NCBI GenBank assembly: GCA_965201075.1
Contig: CBDAVP010000004.1
Span: forward strand, 248,001-279,341
DNA: 31,341 nucleotides
Source: Isosphaeraceae bacterium
Lineage (GTDB): Bacteria; Planctomycetota; Planctomycetia; Isosphaerales; Isosphaeraceae
Direction of reading: 5' to 3'
In this document: positions 1 to 9,705 of the stretch, one piece after another
Layout: the number at the start of each line of letters is the position of its first letter
Numbering within the stretch: the stretch's first letter is position 1
The notes under the pieces: model-generated
Seen by the model: the letters and a program-made list of their open reading frames with translations, nothing else
Databases searched by the model: none
Told to the model about the DNA's origin: nothing
Program-made: the position numbers and the translations under genes

Positions 1-2
1 AG

Positions 3-233
3 GAACTCTACGACCTCGACGCCGACCCCTTCGAGATCCACAACCTCGCCGACTCCGACACCCCCGAAGCCCGCGAGGCCCTGTCCCGACTGCGCGGCGT
101 TCTGGACCACTGGATCGAGGAGACTGGCGACCAGGGGCGGAACCTCGAACCCGCCGAACTCGCCGCGGCCCGGGGCGTGACCCAACCCGGCACCAACCCC
201 AATCGCGACGCCCCGCCAGCCCCCCGCCGCTGA
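3..233 (+). CDS. Sulfatase family protein, C-terminal end (5' part outside window)
   Basis: The frame starting at base 3 reads ELYDLDADPFEIHNLADSDTPEAREALSRLRGVLDHWIEETGD...PRR*. ELYDLxxDPxExxNLA is the typical sulfatase C-terminal motif. TGA at 231-233. Confidence 0.8.
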   Translation, partial: ELYDLDADPFEIHNLADSDTPEAREALSRLRGVLDHWIEETGDQGRNLEPAELAAARGVTQPGTNPNRDAPPAPRR

Positions 234-242
234 CGACGCAAC

Positions 243-1430
243 TCATCTGACGAGTTCCGGCGGACCCTTCACCCTCGACGAGCCAGCCGTGGCGACGAAG
301 GCAACCAGGCCCAGTGCCGCCGCTCCGGCCCCCACGGCGCAAACCCCCGTCCACCCGGCGAGGCTCCAACCCCAGGCCCCGGCGAACGAGCCCAGCGAGC
401 CCCCGACAAAGTACGACACCATGTAGGCCGTGTTCAATCGGCTACGAGCCTCCGGCGCCAGGGTGAAAATTCGCGACTGATTGGAAATGTGCGACGCCTG
501 GGCTCCCAGGTCCAGCAAGATCACCCCGACGACCAATCCCGGGATCGAGTCGCCAAACCTCCAGAAGACCCCGAACGACGCCAGGATCATCAACAGTCCC
601 AGCGCAATGGTGATCCGAGGGCTGCGGCGGTCGGCCACCCTTCCCGCGAGAGGCGCCGCCAACGCCCCGACAATCCCCACCAGCCCGAAGGCGCCAACCA
701 CCGCGCTCGAATACCCCAGGGGCGGCCGTTCCAGGTGGAACGCCAGGGTCGTCCAGAAGGCGCTAAAGGCGGCGAAGCTCATGGCCCCGAACACGCACGA
801 CTGCCTCAAGACCGGCTCGGCCGCCAGCAGGTGCCCGATCGACCGCAGCAAGGCCGGATAGCTCAGGCCCGTCGGCGACGGCTCGGACCGGGGCAGCATC
901 CGCCCAAGAACCACCGCAAGGCCAGTGGTAAGGACCGCCGCCAGGAGGTACACGGCTCGCCACCCAAAACGGGCGCCGACCACCCCGCTGACCGACCTCG
1001 CCCCGAGGATGCCGATCAGCAACCCGCTCATCACCGTGCCAACGACGCGACCCCGCTCGGCCGGGTCGGCCAGGTGAGCCGCCAGGGGAATCAGCAGTTG
1101 GGGGGCGATCGTGGTCACGCCCACCGCCAGAGTCCCCAACGCCAGCAAGTGGAACCCCGGAGCCGCGGCGACCCCCAACAGCGCCACGACGCTGAGCCCC
1201 AGCATCACCAGGATGAACGACCGCCGCTCCAACCGGTCGCCCAGCGGCACGAACAGCAAAAGGCCCACCGCGTAGCCGACCTGGCCCAGCGTCGCGACCA
1301 GCCCCATGCTCCGGTCATCGACGTGGAAACCCCGCCCCATGTCGGCCAGCAAGGGCTGCGCGTAATAGTTATTGGCGACGGCCAGCCCGGCGCCGGCGGC
1401 CATCGCCACCAGAGTGCGGCGGGGGATCAT
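243..1430 (-). CDS. MFS transporter (YnfM-like)
   Basis: 395 aa, about 12 hydrophobic segments, with NNYYAQPLL, PLGDRLERR and GRVADRR MFS loop motifs. Confidence 0.9.
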   Translation of the reverse strand: MIPRRTLVAMAAGAGLAVANNYYAQPLLADMGRGFHVDDRSMGLVATLGQVGYAVGLLLFVPLGDRLERRSFILVMLGLSVVALLGVAAAPGFHLLALGTLAVGVTTIAPQLLIPLAAHLADPAERGRVVGTVMSGLLIGILGARSVSGVVGARFGWRAVYLLAAVLTTGLAVVLGRMLPRSEPSPTGLSYPALLRSIGHLLAAEPVLRQSCVFGAMSFAAFSAFWTTLAFHLERPPLGYSSAVVGAFGLVGIVGALAAPLAGRVADRRSPRITIALGLLMILASFGVFWRFGDSIPGLVVGVILLDLGAQASHISNQSRIFTLAPEARSRLNTAYMVSYFVGGSLGSFAGAWGWSLAGWTGVCAVGAGAAALGLVAFVATAGSSRVKGPPELVR

Positions 1431-1463
1431 CGTGGCGAGAGCCCCGTCGCGCTGGCCCCATCA

Positions 1464-2492
1464 TCAACTGGCATGGGAAGCGCCGCCGGCGCGAGTACCG
1501 GCCGGAATCAGGCTGTTGAGCATCCCGGCGACCTTGCCTTGCAGGTCCTTGCCCTGAGTCGCCGGGGCGTCCAGGTGGATCGGCGCTGGCAGGCCACGCT
1601 CCACCAGGGCCCGCAACTCCGACGACCACTCGGGGAAGACGCCGTCGAAGGCCACCGCGAGCTTGGCCGGCAGGCCGACGATCAACTCGGGGTCGCCATC
1701 GCAAATCGCCCGCCAGGCCTGTTTCGCGGTCGCCTCGGCCGACTTCGCCACCCCGGGGATCGTGTCCCCCAGGCCGAACCAGGTGTATTCCCGCTCCTTG
1801 TCTCCCTTGAACCAGGCGTGCGGGTGGCCCCCGGTGCGGATCGTCGGCGGATAAATCCCCGTCACCAGCACATTGTCACGCGCCAGGTCGTTGCGTAACC
1901 CACGAGTGAACCCGGTCAGGGCGAACTTGCTAGCCGTGTAGGGCAACATGTGAGGCGCGGGGATCAGCCCACCGATGGAGACGATGTTGCCAATCCGCCC
2001 CGACCGCCGGGCCCTCATGTGGGGAATCACCGCCAGCGACGTGTTCACCGCCCCCCAGAAGTTCGTCCCCAGGACTTTGCGATAGTCCTCCAGGGTCATC
2101 GCCGCGGCCGGCCCGACGATCATCAGACCCGCGTCGTTCAGCAAGACGTCAACCCCGCCGAACCGCTCAATCGTCTTGTCGATGAGCGCCTGGGCCTGGT
2201 CAGCGTCGGAGACATCCGTCGGCACGGCCAGAACGTCGGGGGCTCCAAGGCGGCGGACGTCGGCGGCGGCGCGTTCCAGGTCATGCTCATCCCGGGCCGC
2301 CAGGACAACCCGCGCCCCTTGCTTCGCGGCCTCCTTGGCCAGCAGCAGACCCAGCCCCGAGGTCGACCCGGTGACGATCACCGACTTGCCCGCCAGGCTG
2401 ATCCGCCGCTGACTTCTCAGATACGTCTTGAGCCCATACGCCGCCCCGGCCCCGGCCACCAGGGCGAGCAATGCCTTCTCCGTCGTCTTCAT
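1464..2492 (-). CDS. SDR family NAD(P)-dependent oxidoreductase with N-terminal membrane anchor
   Basis: This is the real C-terminal part of the 1464..4670 ORF, starting at ATG MKTTEKALLALVAG. Motifs: TGSTSGLG (Rossmann), DVLLNDAG, YTASK (YxxxK). The upstream part of the long ORF is antisense to the CRTAC1 gene. Confidence 0.9.
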   Translation of the reverse strand: MKTTEKALLALVAGAGAAYGLKTYLRSQRRISLAGKSVIVTGSTSGLGLLLAKEAAKQGARVVLAARDEHDLERAAADVRRLGAPDVLAVPTDVSDADQAQALIDKTIERFGGVDVLLNDAGLMIVGPAAAMTLEDYRKVLGTNFWGAVNTSLAVIPHMRARRSGRIGNIVSIGGLIPAPHMLPYTASKFALTGFTRGLRNDLARDNVLVTGIYPPTIRTGGHPHAWFKGDKEREYTWFGLGDTIPGVAKSAEATAKQAWRAICDGDPELIVGLPAKLAVAFDGVFPEWSSELRALVERGLPAPIHLDAPATQGKDLQGKVAGMLNSLIPAGTRAGGASHAS

Positions 2493-2681
2493 CGTCAAGA
2501 CCCCCAAGGCTATCGAGCCGGCCGGGACGGGGCGTGCGTCGGCGTTGATCCGCCGGACTAGGTGCATTCCGCGTGCCGAGGCCGACGACGGCGGGACAAC
2601 GCCGCCCCGGCCGTGGTACGATCGACCCCACGCCCCGCAACGACGGGCTCCAGTCACCTCGCCCCCGCAGGACGACCCGCG

Positions 2682-4589
2682 ATGCCCCCGACCCGGCGAG
2701 CCCGGCTCCTCCTGGTCCTGGTTTTGGCCCCCGCCGTCCTCTCCGCCTGCGGGCCCGAACCGGGCGAGACCGGCGGGCCGGGAACCACGCTCCCCAATAC
2801 GAACTCCAGATTCAACCCCGCCGAACAGGTCGCCAACACCAACAACGTCAAGGCCCCCGCCGCCGACCCGCACCCCCCCACCGGCGGCATGGGGGAGACC
2901 GACAACCGCTCCGCCGGATTCAAACCCCCGCCGCCGGTCCACCAGGAGCCCAGCCCCTTCCGGTTCGAGGACGTCGCGAAATCGGCCGGGGTCGACTTCA
3001 AGAACGTCTCGGGCATGGACGCCGACAAGCACTTCCCCTCGGCCAACGGCTGCGGCGTGGCGATCTTCGATGGCGACGGCGACGGCGACATGGACCTCTA
3101 CCTCGCCACCGGCAACCTCTTGCCCCTGGGCGACGCCCCTCGCGCCTCGAATCGTTACTACGAGAACCTTGGCGGGGCGAAGTTCCGCGACGCCACCGAA
3201 AGCTCGGGCCTGGGCTTCGCCGGCTTCTGCCACGGGATCGCCGTGGGCGACGTCGACAACGACGGCGACGCCGACGTCTTCCTGGCCAACCTCGGCCCCA
3301 ACCGCCTGTACCTCAACGACGGCCACGGCCACTTCACCGACGCCTCGAAGGAAACCGGCCTCGACACCCCCGACGGCTGGTCGTCCGGCGGCACCTTTTT
3401 CGACGCCGACGCCGATGGCGACCTCGACCTGTACGTCCCCCGCTATGGCCGCTGGGAGTACCCCCGCGACGACGTGAAGTGCAACAACAAGGAAGTTCAC
3501 ACCTACTGCTCTCCCAAGAGCATCGTCCCGGTCCCCCACCTGTTCTACCGCAACGAGTGGAAGCCTTCCGGACGCTTGCACTTCGTCGAATGCGCCAGGG
3601 AAACCGGGATGACGCGGTCCGACGGCCACGGGTTCGCCGCGGTCGCCTCCGATGTCGATGGCGACGGCAAGGTCGACCTTTATGTCTCCAACGACATGAC
3701 GCCCAACTTCCTGTACCTCAACAAGGGGGACGGGACGTTCGAGGACCTGACGATGACCTCGGGAGCGGCGTTCGACCTCAACGGTCACGCCCAGTCGAGC
3801 ATGGGCGTTGACGCCGAGGACGTGGACGGCGATGGCCTGCCCGAGCTGTTCGTGACCAACTTCCAGAACGAGCCCAAGACCCTTTACGAGAACCTCAAGG
3901 GGGGGAACTTCGCCGACGAGACCGGCCCCTACAACCTCTCGGCCAACACGTCGCCATGGGTCGGCTGGGGAGCCTCGCTGGCGGACCTCGACAACGACGG
4001 TTGGCCCGACCTGTTCTTCACCAACGGCCACGTCGACGACAACCTCAAGGCCACGCCCTACGCCGAGCCCCCCTCGCTGTTCCGCAACGTCGAGGGGGAC
4101 GGGCGCCGGCGGTTCGAGCTTTCGACCCGCGACGTCGGACCTTACTTCGCGTCCGACCACGTCGGCCGAGGCGTGGCCTTCGGCGACCTCGACGACGACG
4201 GCCGGCTCGACCTGGTGGTCAACCACAAGGACGCCCCTCCGGCGGTCCTGATGAACCGAACCCCCTCGGCCTCCGGGCGCTGGGTGCGCCTGAAACTGGT
4301 CGGCACCCGCTCCAACCGCGACGGGACCGGCGCCCGGGTCGAGATCGAAATCCCCGGCCGGTCCTCGACGATGGTCCGCCAGGCCAAGACCGGTTACAGC
4401 ATGCTCTCGTCGCACGACCCGAGGCTCATCATCGGCCTGGGCAACGCTCCCGAACTGAACAGGGTGACGGTCCGCTGGCCCTCGGGGGCCACCAACGTCG
4501 GCGAACACCTCAAAGCGGGCCAGACGTACCGGGTTGACGAGGAGGGGGGCATCGCCGCGGCCGACGCCGCCGCCCTGCCCCGCCCATGA
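2682..4589 (+). CDS. CRTAC1 / FG-GAP repeat, ASPIC-UnbV domain lipoprotein
   Basis: Lipobox-like VLSA-C after MPPTRRAR. Repeated DxDxDGDxDL FG-GAP motifs. C-terminal LVGTRSNRDGTGARV...DPRLIIGLG...VRWPSG (ASPIC/UnbV). GCAGGA upstream of the ATG. Confidence 0.9.
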   Translation: MPPTRRARLLLVLVLAPAVLSACGPEPGETGGPGTTLPNTNSRFNPAEQVANTNNVKAPAADPHPPTGGMGETDNRSAGFKPPPPVHQEPSPFRFEDVAKSAGVDFKNVSGMDADKHFPSANGCGVAIFDGDGDGDMDLYLATGNLLPLGDAPRASNRYYENLGGAKFRDATESSGLGFAGFCHGIAVGDVDNDGDADVFLANLGPNRLYLNDGHGHFTDASKETGLDTPDGWSSGGTFFDADADGDLDLYVPRYGRWEYPRDDVKCNNKEVHTYCSPKSIVPVPHLFYRNEWKPSGRLHFVECARETGMTRSDGHGFAAVASDVDGDGKVDLYVSNDMTPNFLYLNKGDGTFEDLTMTSGAAFDLNGHAQSSMGVDAEDVDGDGLPELFVTNFQNEPKTLYENLKGGNFADETGPYNLSANTSPWVGWGASLADLDNDGWPDLFFTNGHVDDNLKATPYAEPPSLFRNVEGDGRRRFELSTRDVGPYFASDHVGRGVAFGDLDDDGRLDLVVNHKDAPPAVLMNRTPSASGRWVRLKLVGTRSNRDGTGARVEIEIPGRSSTMVRQAKTGYSMLSSHDPRLIIGLGNAPELNRVTVRWPSGATNVGEHLKAGQTYRVDEEGGIAAADAAALPRP

Positions 4590-6130
4590 GCCGGCCCAGT
4601 CCCCCGACGTCTCCGGCAATCCCCAAGCGCCGTCCGGGTCGCGCCGCGAGGGCCATCGCGGTCGTCGCATCGCTGGCGGTGTTCGCGGGCCTGGCGGCGT
4701 GGTGGACCACTCGCGACACCCCCCAACGCCTCTGGCAACGCGCCAGCGATGCCTTCAACGACCGCCATCCCGCCGAGGCCGAGGCCCTGCTCAACCGCCT
4801 GGACCGTCTGCGTCCCCCCGGCCCCGAGCAAAAATTCCTCCGCGCTCAGATCGTCGGCGTGCAAGGCCGCGAGGACGAGGCCGCCTCCCTGTTCCGCGGT
4901 ATCCCCGAGGGAGACGTTCCGCCGGGGGCCGAGCTGCGGCTGATCCCCGCCCTGGCCGACGCCGAGCCAATTCCCGACGAGGGCCGCAACCTCGTCGTCG
5001 TCGCGACCGTGGGGCGAATTCTCCACTTCCGCATCTTCGACGCCGACGGCCAGCGGATCGCCAATACCGACGAGACCCGCCTCCCGGCCCGCGCCGCCGC
5101 GATCGAAACCCTCCGATCGGAACTGGCCCGCCTCTGGCCCCCTGCGATCCCCTCGGCGGCCGAGCATGACCGGATCATCGCCCAGGTCACGGCGATCGCC
5201 CGGCCGGTGCCCGTCGCCCCCCTGGCTCGCCTGCGAGCCGGGCAGCTTGAGCGCGGTCGCCACCGGGTTCGCGCCGCCGAGGCCGACTTCCTGGACGCCC
5301 TGAAGCTCGACCCCACCCTGGCCCAGGCCCGTCGAGAGCTGATCTACATCTATGGAATGCAGTTACGCCGGGAGGCGATGCGCGAGCAATTTTACAAGCT
5401 CGCCGAACTCGTCCCGCCGACGTTCCACGACGCCCTCTTGCTGGGCCTCAGCCGCAACGTGAACTGGGAAGCCGCCGAGGCTGCCGGCATCCTGGCCGAA
5501 TATGTCCAGGCCGACCCCGACGACCGCGTTTCGAGACTGGCGCTGGCCCGGCATCTTCAAACCCTGAACCGGTTCGAGGAGGTCGAGACGACCCTCGCCC
5601 CGCTGGCCGAAAACGACCCGGCGGTCCTGGAGATTCGCGCCCAGACAGCGCTCGCCCAGGGCGACCTGCGAGCCGCCACCGACTTCGCGGCGAAGGGGAC
5701 CGTCGACGCACCAGAACTCGCCTTCGTTCGTGCCCGACTGGCCGCCGCCCGTCGCGACTGGCCCACCGCCATCGGGTATTACCGCGCCATGCTCGCCGAC
5801 GATCCCCACTCTCGGGAGGGGTTGCGGGGCATCGCCCAGGCCCTCACCGCGAAGGGGAACGCCGCCGAGGCGAAGCCCTATCGAGACGCCGCTCAGGCCG
5901 CCGACCGCCTGGGCCACCTGGTCGACCAGGCCGGCGTCTCGGGCGCTTCGAGGAACCTGGAGTTGATCCACCAACTGGGCGCCGCCTGCCTCGACGCCGG
6001 CCTTTTCCCCGAGGCCCGCATCTGGTATCGCCTGGCGATCCAGAACGACCCGCTCGACACCCGGGCCCAGCAGGGCCTCTTCGCCGCCAACGCCGGACTG
6101 GCCCGGTCCGCCTCCCCATCCAAACCCTGA
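4586..6130 (+). CDS. Tetratricopeptide repeat protein with N-terminal TM helix and an internal ~95-aa non-TPR insert
   Basis: ATGA overlap with the upstream stop. TM segment AIAVVASLAVFAGLAAWW. TPR-like helices (AEADFLDALKLDP, ARIWYRLAIQNDP). Confidence 0.85.
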   Translation: MSRPSPPTSPAIPKRRPGRAARAIAVVASLAVFAGLAAWWTTRDTPQRLWQRASDAFNDRHPAEAEALLNRLDRLRPPGPEQKFLRAQIVGVQGREDEAASLFRGIPEGDVPPGAELRLIPALADAEPIPDEGRNLVVVATVGRILHFRIFDADGQRIANTDETRLPARAAAIETLRSELARLWPPAIPSAAEHDRIIAQVTAIARPVPVAPLARLRAGQLERGRHRVRAAEADFLDALKLDPTLAQARRELIYIYGMQLRREAMREQFYKLAELVPPTFHDALLLGLSRNVNWEAAEAAGILAEYVQADPDDRVSRLALARHLQTLNRFEEVETTLAPLAENDPAVLEIRAQTALAQGDLRAATDFAAKGTVDAPELAFVRARLAAARRDWPTAIGYYRAMLADDPHSREGLRGIAQALTAKGNAAEAKPYRDAAQAADRLGHLVDQAGVSGASRNLELIHQLGAACLDAGLFPEARIWYRLAIQNDPLDTRAQQGLFAANAGLARSASPSKP

Positions 6131-6147
6131 CGCCCGGGAGATCCGGC

Positions 6148-6882
6148 TTGGGATTCCTCGACGACGAACTTGACGGCCCCACGTCTCCCCCGTCCAAGTC
6201 CCCCGGCGCCGCCCGCGTCCGCTTCGGGACCATCGGCGTGGCCTTCGGCCTGCTGATCGAGCAGTGGCGAACCTGGATCCTGGCCGCCCTGGTGGTCGCC
6301 CTGGTCAACGCCGTCGTTGGCGAGGTTCTGGGCGTGTCGATCGGCGGCCACTCGGGCCTGCGGGTCCAGTTCGGCGGCGGCGTGCCGATCACCCTGGGCC
6401 ACCGCCCCCGGGCCGCCCAGGTGGTCCTCTCGGCCCTGGTCTACGGACTGTCCCTCGGGGCGATGACCCGCCTGGCCTGCCTCCAGGTCCGTGGCCACCG
6501 CATCCGCGTGGCCGACCTGCTGGGCGTCCGCGACTGCCTGATCGAGCTGGCCTTCACCTCGGCCCTCATCAGCCTGGCCACGCTGGTCGGCTTCCTGTGC
6601 CTGGTCCTACCGGGGTTCATCCTGCCATCATTATTTATGCTGGCCTGGCCGTTGGTGGTCGACGCCCGTCAAACCGCGCTATCCGCTCTACGGCGAAGTT
6701 GGCGGGCATTGAAGGGGCAATGGCTCACCGCCACCGCCTTCCACCTGACCCTGGCCATCGTCGCCGGCTCCGGAGGCTTGCTCTGCTGCGTGGGAATCGT
6801 CTTCACGGCGCCGTTGTACAGCCTCAGCCTGGCGGTCCTCTACGCCGACACCTTCCTGGCCAAAAGTCCGTCGCGAGCCTGA
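6148..6882 (+). CDS. Integral membrane protein, hypothetical (DUF975-like architecture)
   Basis: TTG start preceded by GGGAG. Several TM segments, with GFLCLVLPG, ALRRSWRALKG and LLCCVGIVFT motifs. Confidence 0.7.
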   Translation: MGFLDDELDGPTSPPSKSPGAARVRFGTIGVAFGLLIEQWRTWILAALVVALVNAVVGEVLGVSIGGHSGLRVQFGGGVPITLGHRPRAAQVVLSALVYGLSLGAMTRLACLQVRGHRIRVADLLGVRDCLIELAFTSALISLATLVGFLCLVLPGFILPSLFMLAWPLVVDARQTALSALRRSWRALKGQWLTATAFHLTLAIVAGSGGLLCCVGIVFTAPLYSLSLAVLYADTFLAKSPSRA

Positions 6883-6912
6883 AGACTTCGGTCGAAGGCA
6901 TGCCCATCGCGA

Positions 6913-7179
6913 TCAACCGACGGGGACCAGGTCGACAGGGAACCGGCTGCGTTCGCTAAACGCCTCGGCCGAAAGATCGTCGAGCCGCGGATCGTCCCGC
7001 CCGTGCCACGCCCGGTTCAGGTGGGAAACCACATGGCCGAGGAGGATGCGGAACTCATCCTCGTCAAGGGAGCTCTCGGCCACAATCTGGTCGATAAGAT
7101 CCCCAAGGTGCTCATGAGCGTCGGACAACTCATCGACCCACATCGCCCAAGCGACCGGATGTTTGGCTTTGGCCAGCAT
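6913..7179 (-). CDS. Small hypothetical protein (88 aa)
   Basis: MLAKAKHPVAWAMWVDELSDAHEHL...GHVVSHLNRAWH...SRFPVDL. Helical acidic protein that fills the gap between genes. Confidence 0.6.
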   Translation of the reverse strand: MLAKAKHPVAWAMWVDELSDAHEHLGDLIDQIVAESSLDEDEFRILLGHVVSHLNRAWHGRDDPRLDDLSAEAFSERSRFPVDLVPVG

Positions 7180-7302
7180 AATCCATGATCCAAGCCAGGA
7201 TTTGGGCAAGTCCCTTCTGCTGACAAAATGGGGAATGATCTTCAACGCGAGAATTGCGGGCGAAAGAATCTGGCCGATACTCCGCCCCAAATCCCGCTGG
7301 AC

Positions 7303-8187
7303 TTATTTCGGGTCAAGCCCCTGGGTCAGTTCGTCGGCGCTGGGCGACGAGGTCACGCCTCCGGGGGGCACGTCCTGTTTGGCGGTCCAGAGGATTGCGT
7401 TGAGGACGAGTTTGCGGAAGTCAGGGTCGGCCCAGTTTTTGTGGAAGTGGGCGCCGGTGAACCCGAACCCGCGACCGCCATCGGGCCGCTCGGTCGCCCA
7501 GGCGAGGATCTCATCCCGCCCCTTGTCGGCGACGATCTGAGCGTGCGGACCCCGGGGCGACGAACTGGTCCCCTCTCGGGTCCGGTCGTCGGGCTTGGCC
7601 ACGACGATCGGGGTGATCCCGGCGTGGTCGGGCCGGAAGCGGATGTTGAAATACCACTCATCGCTGATCGCGAACGGGCGGACGCCCCGGGTGATCGGGT
7701 GGTCGGGCAGCGTCTTGATGTCGGCCACCCAGTGAGGGTTGGTCGAGTAGCCCGACTCATAGTAGCCGCCCAGCCACTTGAGGAACTCGGGGCCCCCCTT
7801 GTCGGCGGGGATCTCGACGGCATAGTGCAGGCAGGCCAGACCGACCCCCTTGTCCATCAAGGACCGCATGACGTCGAGGTGGTCCCCCTGGATGATCGGG
7901 TGCCCGCCGCCGCCATCCATGAAGAAGACCAACGCCTTGGCGCCGTCGAAGGTCGAGGCATCCGCCGGCCAGCCTCCGGCGACGAAGACCGGCTCGATGC
8001 CCGGCACTTCCTTCAGACACTTCACCAGCAGCCGGGCGCCGGCGTTGAACTCGTGCTCGCCGGGCCCGTGGCTCGGGCGGCCGGCGATGACCACGATCTT
8101 GGCCTTCTCGCCATCAGCGCTCAATGCAACGGGTCCAACCGTCGCCGACGCCACCGCCAGGCCGAGGATTGCGAGCCATCCGCGCAT
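7303..8187 (-). CDS. ThuA (trehalose utilisation) domain protein, secreted
   Basis: Signal peptide MRGWLAILGLAVASA. Motifs AGRPSHGPGEHEF, GLACLHYA, HPITRGV, DEWYF, GRGFGFTGAH, LNAILW. AAAGGGGA RBS. Confidence 0.85.
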   Translation of the reverse strand: MRGWLAILGLAVASATVGPVALSADGEKAKIVVIAGRPSHGPGEHEFNAGARLLVKCLKEVPGIEPVFVAGGWPADASTFDGAKALVFFMDGGGGHPIIQGDHLDVMRSLMDKGVGLACLHYAVEIPADKGGPEFLKWLGGYYESGYSTNPHWVADIKTLPDHPITRGVRPFAISDEWYFNIRFRPDHAGITPIVVAKPDDRTREGTSSSPRGPHAQIVADKGRDEILAWATERPDGGRGFGFTGAHFHKNWADPDFRKLVLNAILWTAKQDVPPGGVTSSPSADELTQGLDPK

Positions 8188-8286
8188 CGTGAAGATCCCC
8201 TTTCGCGTCGATCGTTTCACAAGTGAGTCAAAACGCCCACGCCCGACGAGGTATCCGTCGAGCGCGGGCCGGATTTCCGGTCAAAT

Positions 8287-9576
8287 TCAGGCCAGCGGGG
8301 TCGTGCCGGGGATGGCCACCGGCGGCACCGGGTTGGGGCCCCAGGCCACGTCTCGGGGGAACAGGTCGAGCTTGGAATTCAACGCCTCTTCCCAGGTCAC
8401 GGCCTTGCCCGTGTAGGCCGACATCCGTCCCATGATAGCCGTCAGGGTGCTTTCGGCCACCCTCTGAAGCTCGTTCAGGGGCTTGCTCGACTTGAGGCTG
8501 TCGATCAGGTCCATGTGCTCCTGAACGTACGGGTTGACCTCCTTGCCCGAGAACTTCCACTTGGTCTCGCCGGTCATCCGGTAGCCATTGCTGGTCCAGC
8601 GGCCCTTGGTGCCGACGACCTGCTCGGAGATGTTCGCCTCGCACCCCTCGATCTGTCGACACTGGCTCATGACATGAACGTCGTTGGGGTATTCATAGTC
8701 GACGGCGAAGTGGTCGAAGATGTTGCCATAGACCGGCTCGACGCGAACCTGCCGGCCGCCCAGGGCGACGCAGCGCACTGGGTGGTTGCCGACGGCCCAG
8801 TTGGCCACGTCGAGGTTGTGGACGTGCTGCTCGCAGATGTGGTCCCCCGAGGACCAGCTAAAATACAGCCAGTTGCGGATCTGCCACTCCAGCTCGCTCC
8901 AGTCGGGCTGCTTCTCGCGGTGCCACAGGCCGCCCTGGTTCCAGTAGACCCGGGCCGAGGTGACGTCGCCGATCGCCCCTTCGTGAATCTTCTTCATGCT
9001 CTCCAGGTAGCCGGCCTGGTGGCGTCGCTGGGTGCCGGCGACGACGGTCAGCCCCTTCCGCTTGGCCTCCTCGGCCACCTCCAGCACGGCGCGGATGCCG
9101 GGGCCGTCGGTGCCCACCGGCTTCTCGGTGAAGACGTGCTTGCCAGCGGCCACCGCGGCCTTGAGGTGCCCGGGGCGGAAGCCCGGCGGGGTCGCCAGGA
9201 TCACGTAATCAATGTCGCACTCCAGCACCTTCTTGTAGGCGTCGAGCCCCACGAAGGCGTGGTCGTCGCTGACATCGTACTGCTTGCCCAGCTTGCGCAG
9301 CTCGCTGCGGGAATTGTCGAGGTTGTCCTTGAAGGTGTCGGCCATGGCGACGACCTTCAGGCTCTCGCAAGCCTCGGCGGCGTTGGCCGCCGCGCCGGTG
9401 CCTCGGCCTCCGCAGCCGATCATGCCGACCTTGACGGTATCGGAGCCCGCCGCGTGGACGTTGCCCAGCGAGCCGAGGCTCGAGACGACCGCGGCCCCGC
9501 CGACCGCCGCGGCCGTGGAAGACTTCAAGAACTCGCGGCGTGAGGCGCCGCCCATCGACCCGACAGGCTCGGTCAT
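8287..9576 (-). CDS. Tat-exported Gfo/Idh/MocA family oxidoreductase
   Basis: Twin-arginine SRREFLK. GMIGCGGRG Rossmann motif, GKHVFTEKP, GTQRRH, EQHVHNLDV. Confidence 0.93.
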   Translation of the reverse strand: MTEPVGSMGGASRREFLKSSTAAAVGGAAVVSSLGSLGNVHAAGSDTVKVGMIGCGGRGTGAAANAAEACESLKVVAMADTFKDNLDNSRSELRKLGKQYDVSDDHAFVGLDAYKKVLECDIDYVILATPPGFRPGHLKAAVAAGKHVFTEKPVGTDGPGIRAVLEVAEEAKRKGLTVVAGTQRRHQAGYLESMKKIHEGAIGDVTSARVYWNQGGLWHREKQPDWSELEWQIRNWLYFSWSSGDHICEQHVHNLDVANWAVGNHPVRCVALGGRQVRVEPVYGNIFDHFAVDYEYPNDVHVMSQCRQIEGCEANISEQVVGTKGRWTSNGYRMTGETKWKFSGKEVNPYVQEHMDLIDSLKSSKPLNELQRVAESTLTAIMGRMSAYTGKAVTWEEALNSKLDLFPRDVAWGPNPVPPVAIPGTTPLA

Positions 9577-9705
9577 CGTCTCGGACTCCAAGGGTGGGAA
9601 CGGCCGGGGGGGCCTCGGCGACCCGCCGAAGGATGGCAAGGCCGATCAGCCCGGTCCCCAACCTAACCCACCCTCAAGCAGCCCGCCATCGCCTGGCGGA
9701 TTTTC

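Noticed and set aside
2493..4670. 1068-aa ORF as a single protein
   Set aside because: The N-terminal ~725 aa are the antisense shadow of the CRTAC1 gene. Only the SDR part from 2492 is credible.
4916..5209. Intein in the TPR protein
   Set aside because: No N-terminal Cys/Ser, no C-terminal His-Asn followed by Cys/Ser/Thr, and no recognisable Hint motifs.
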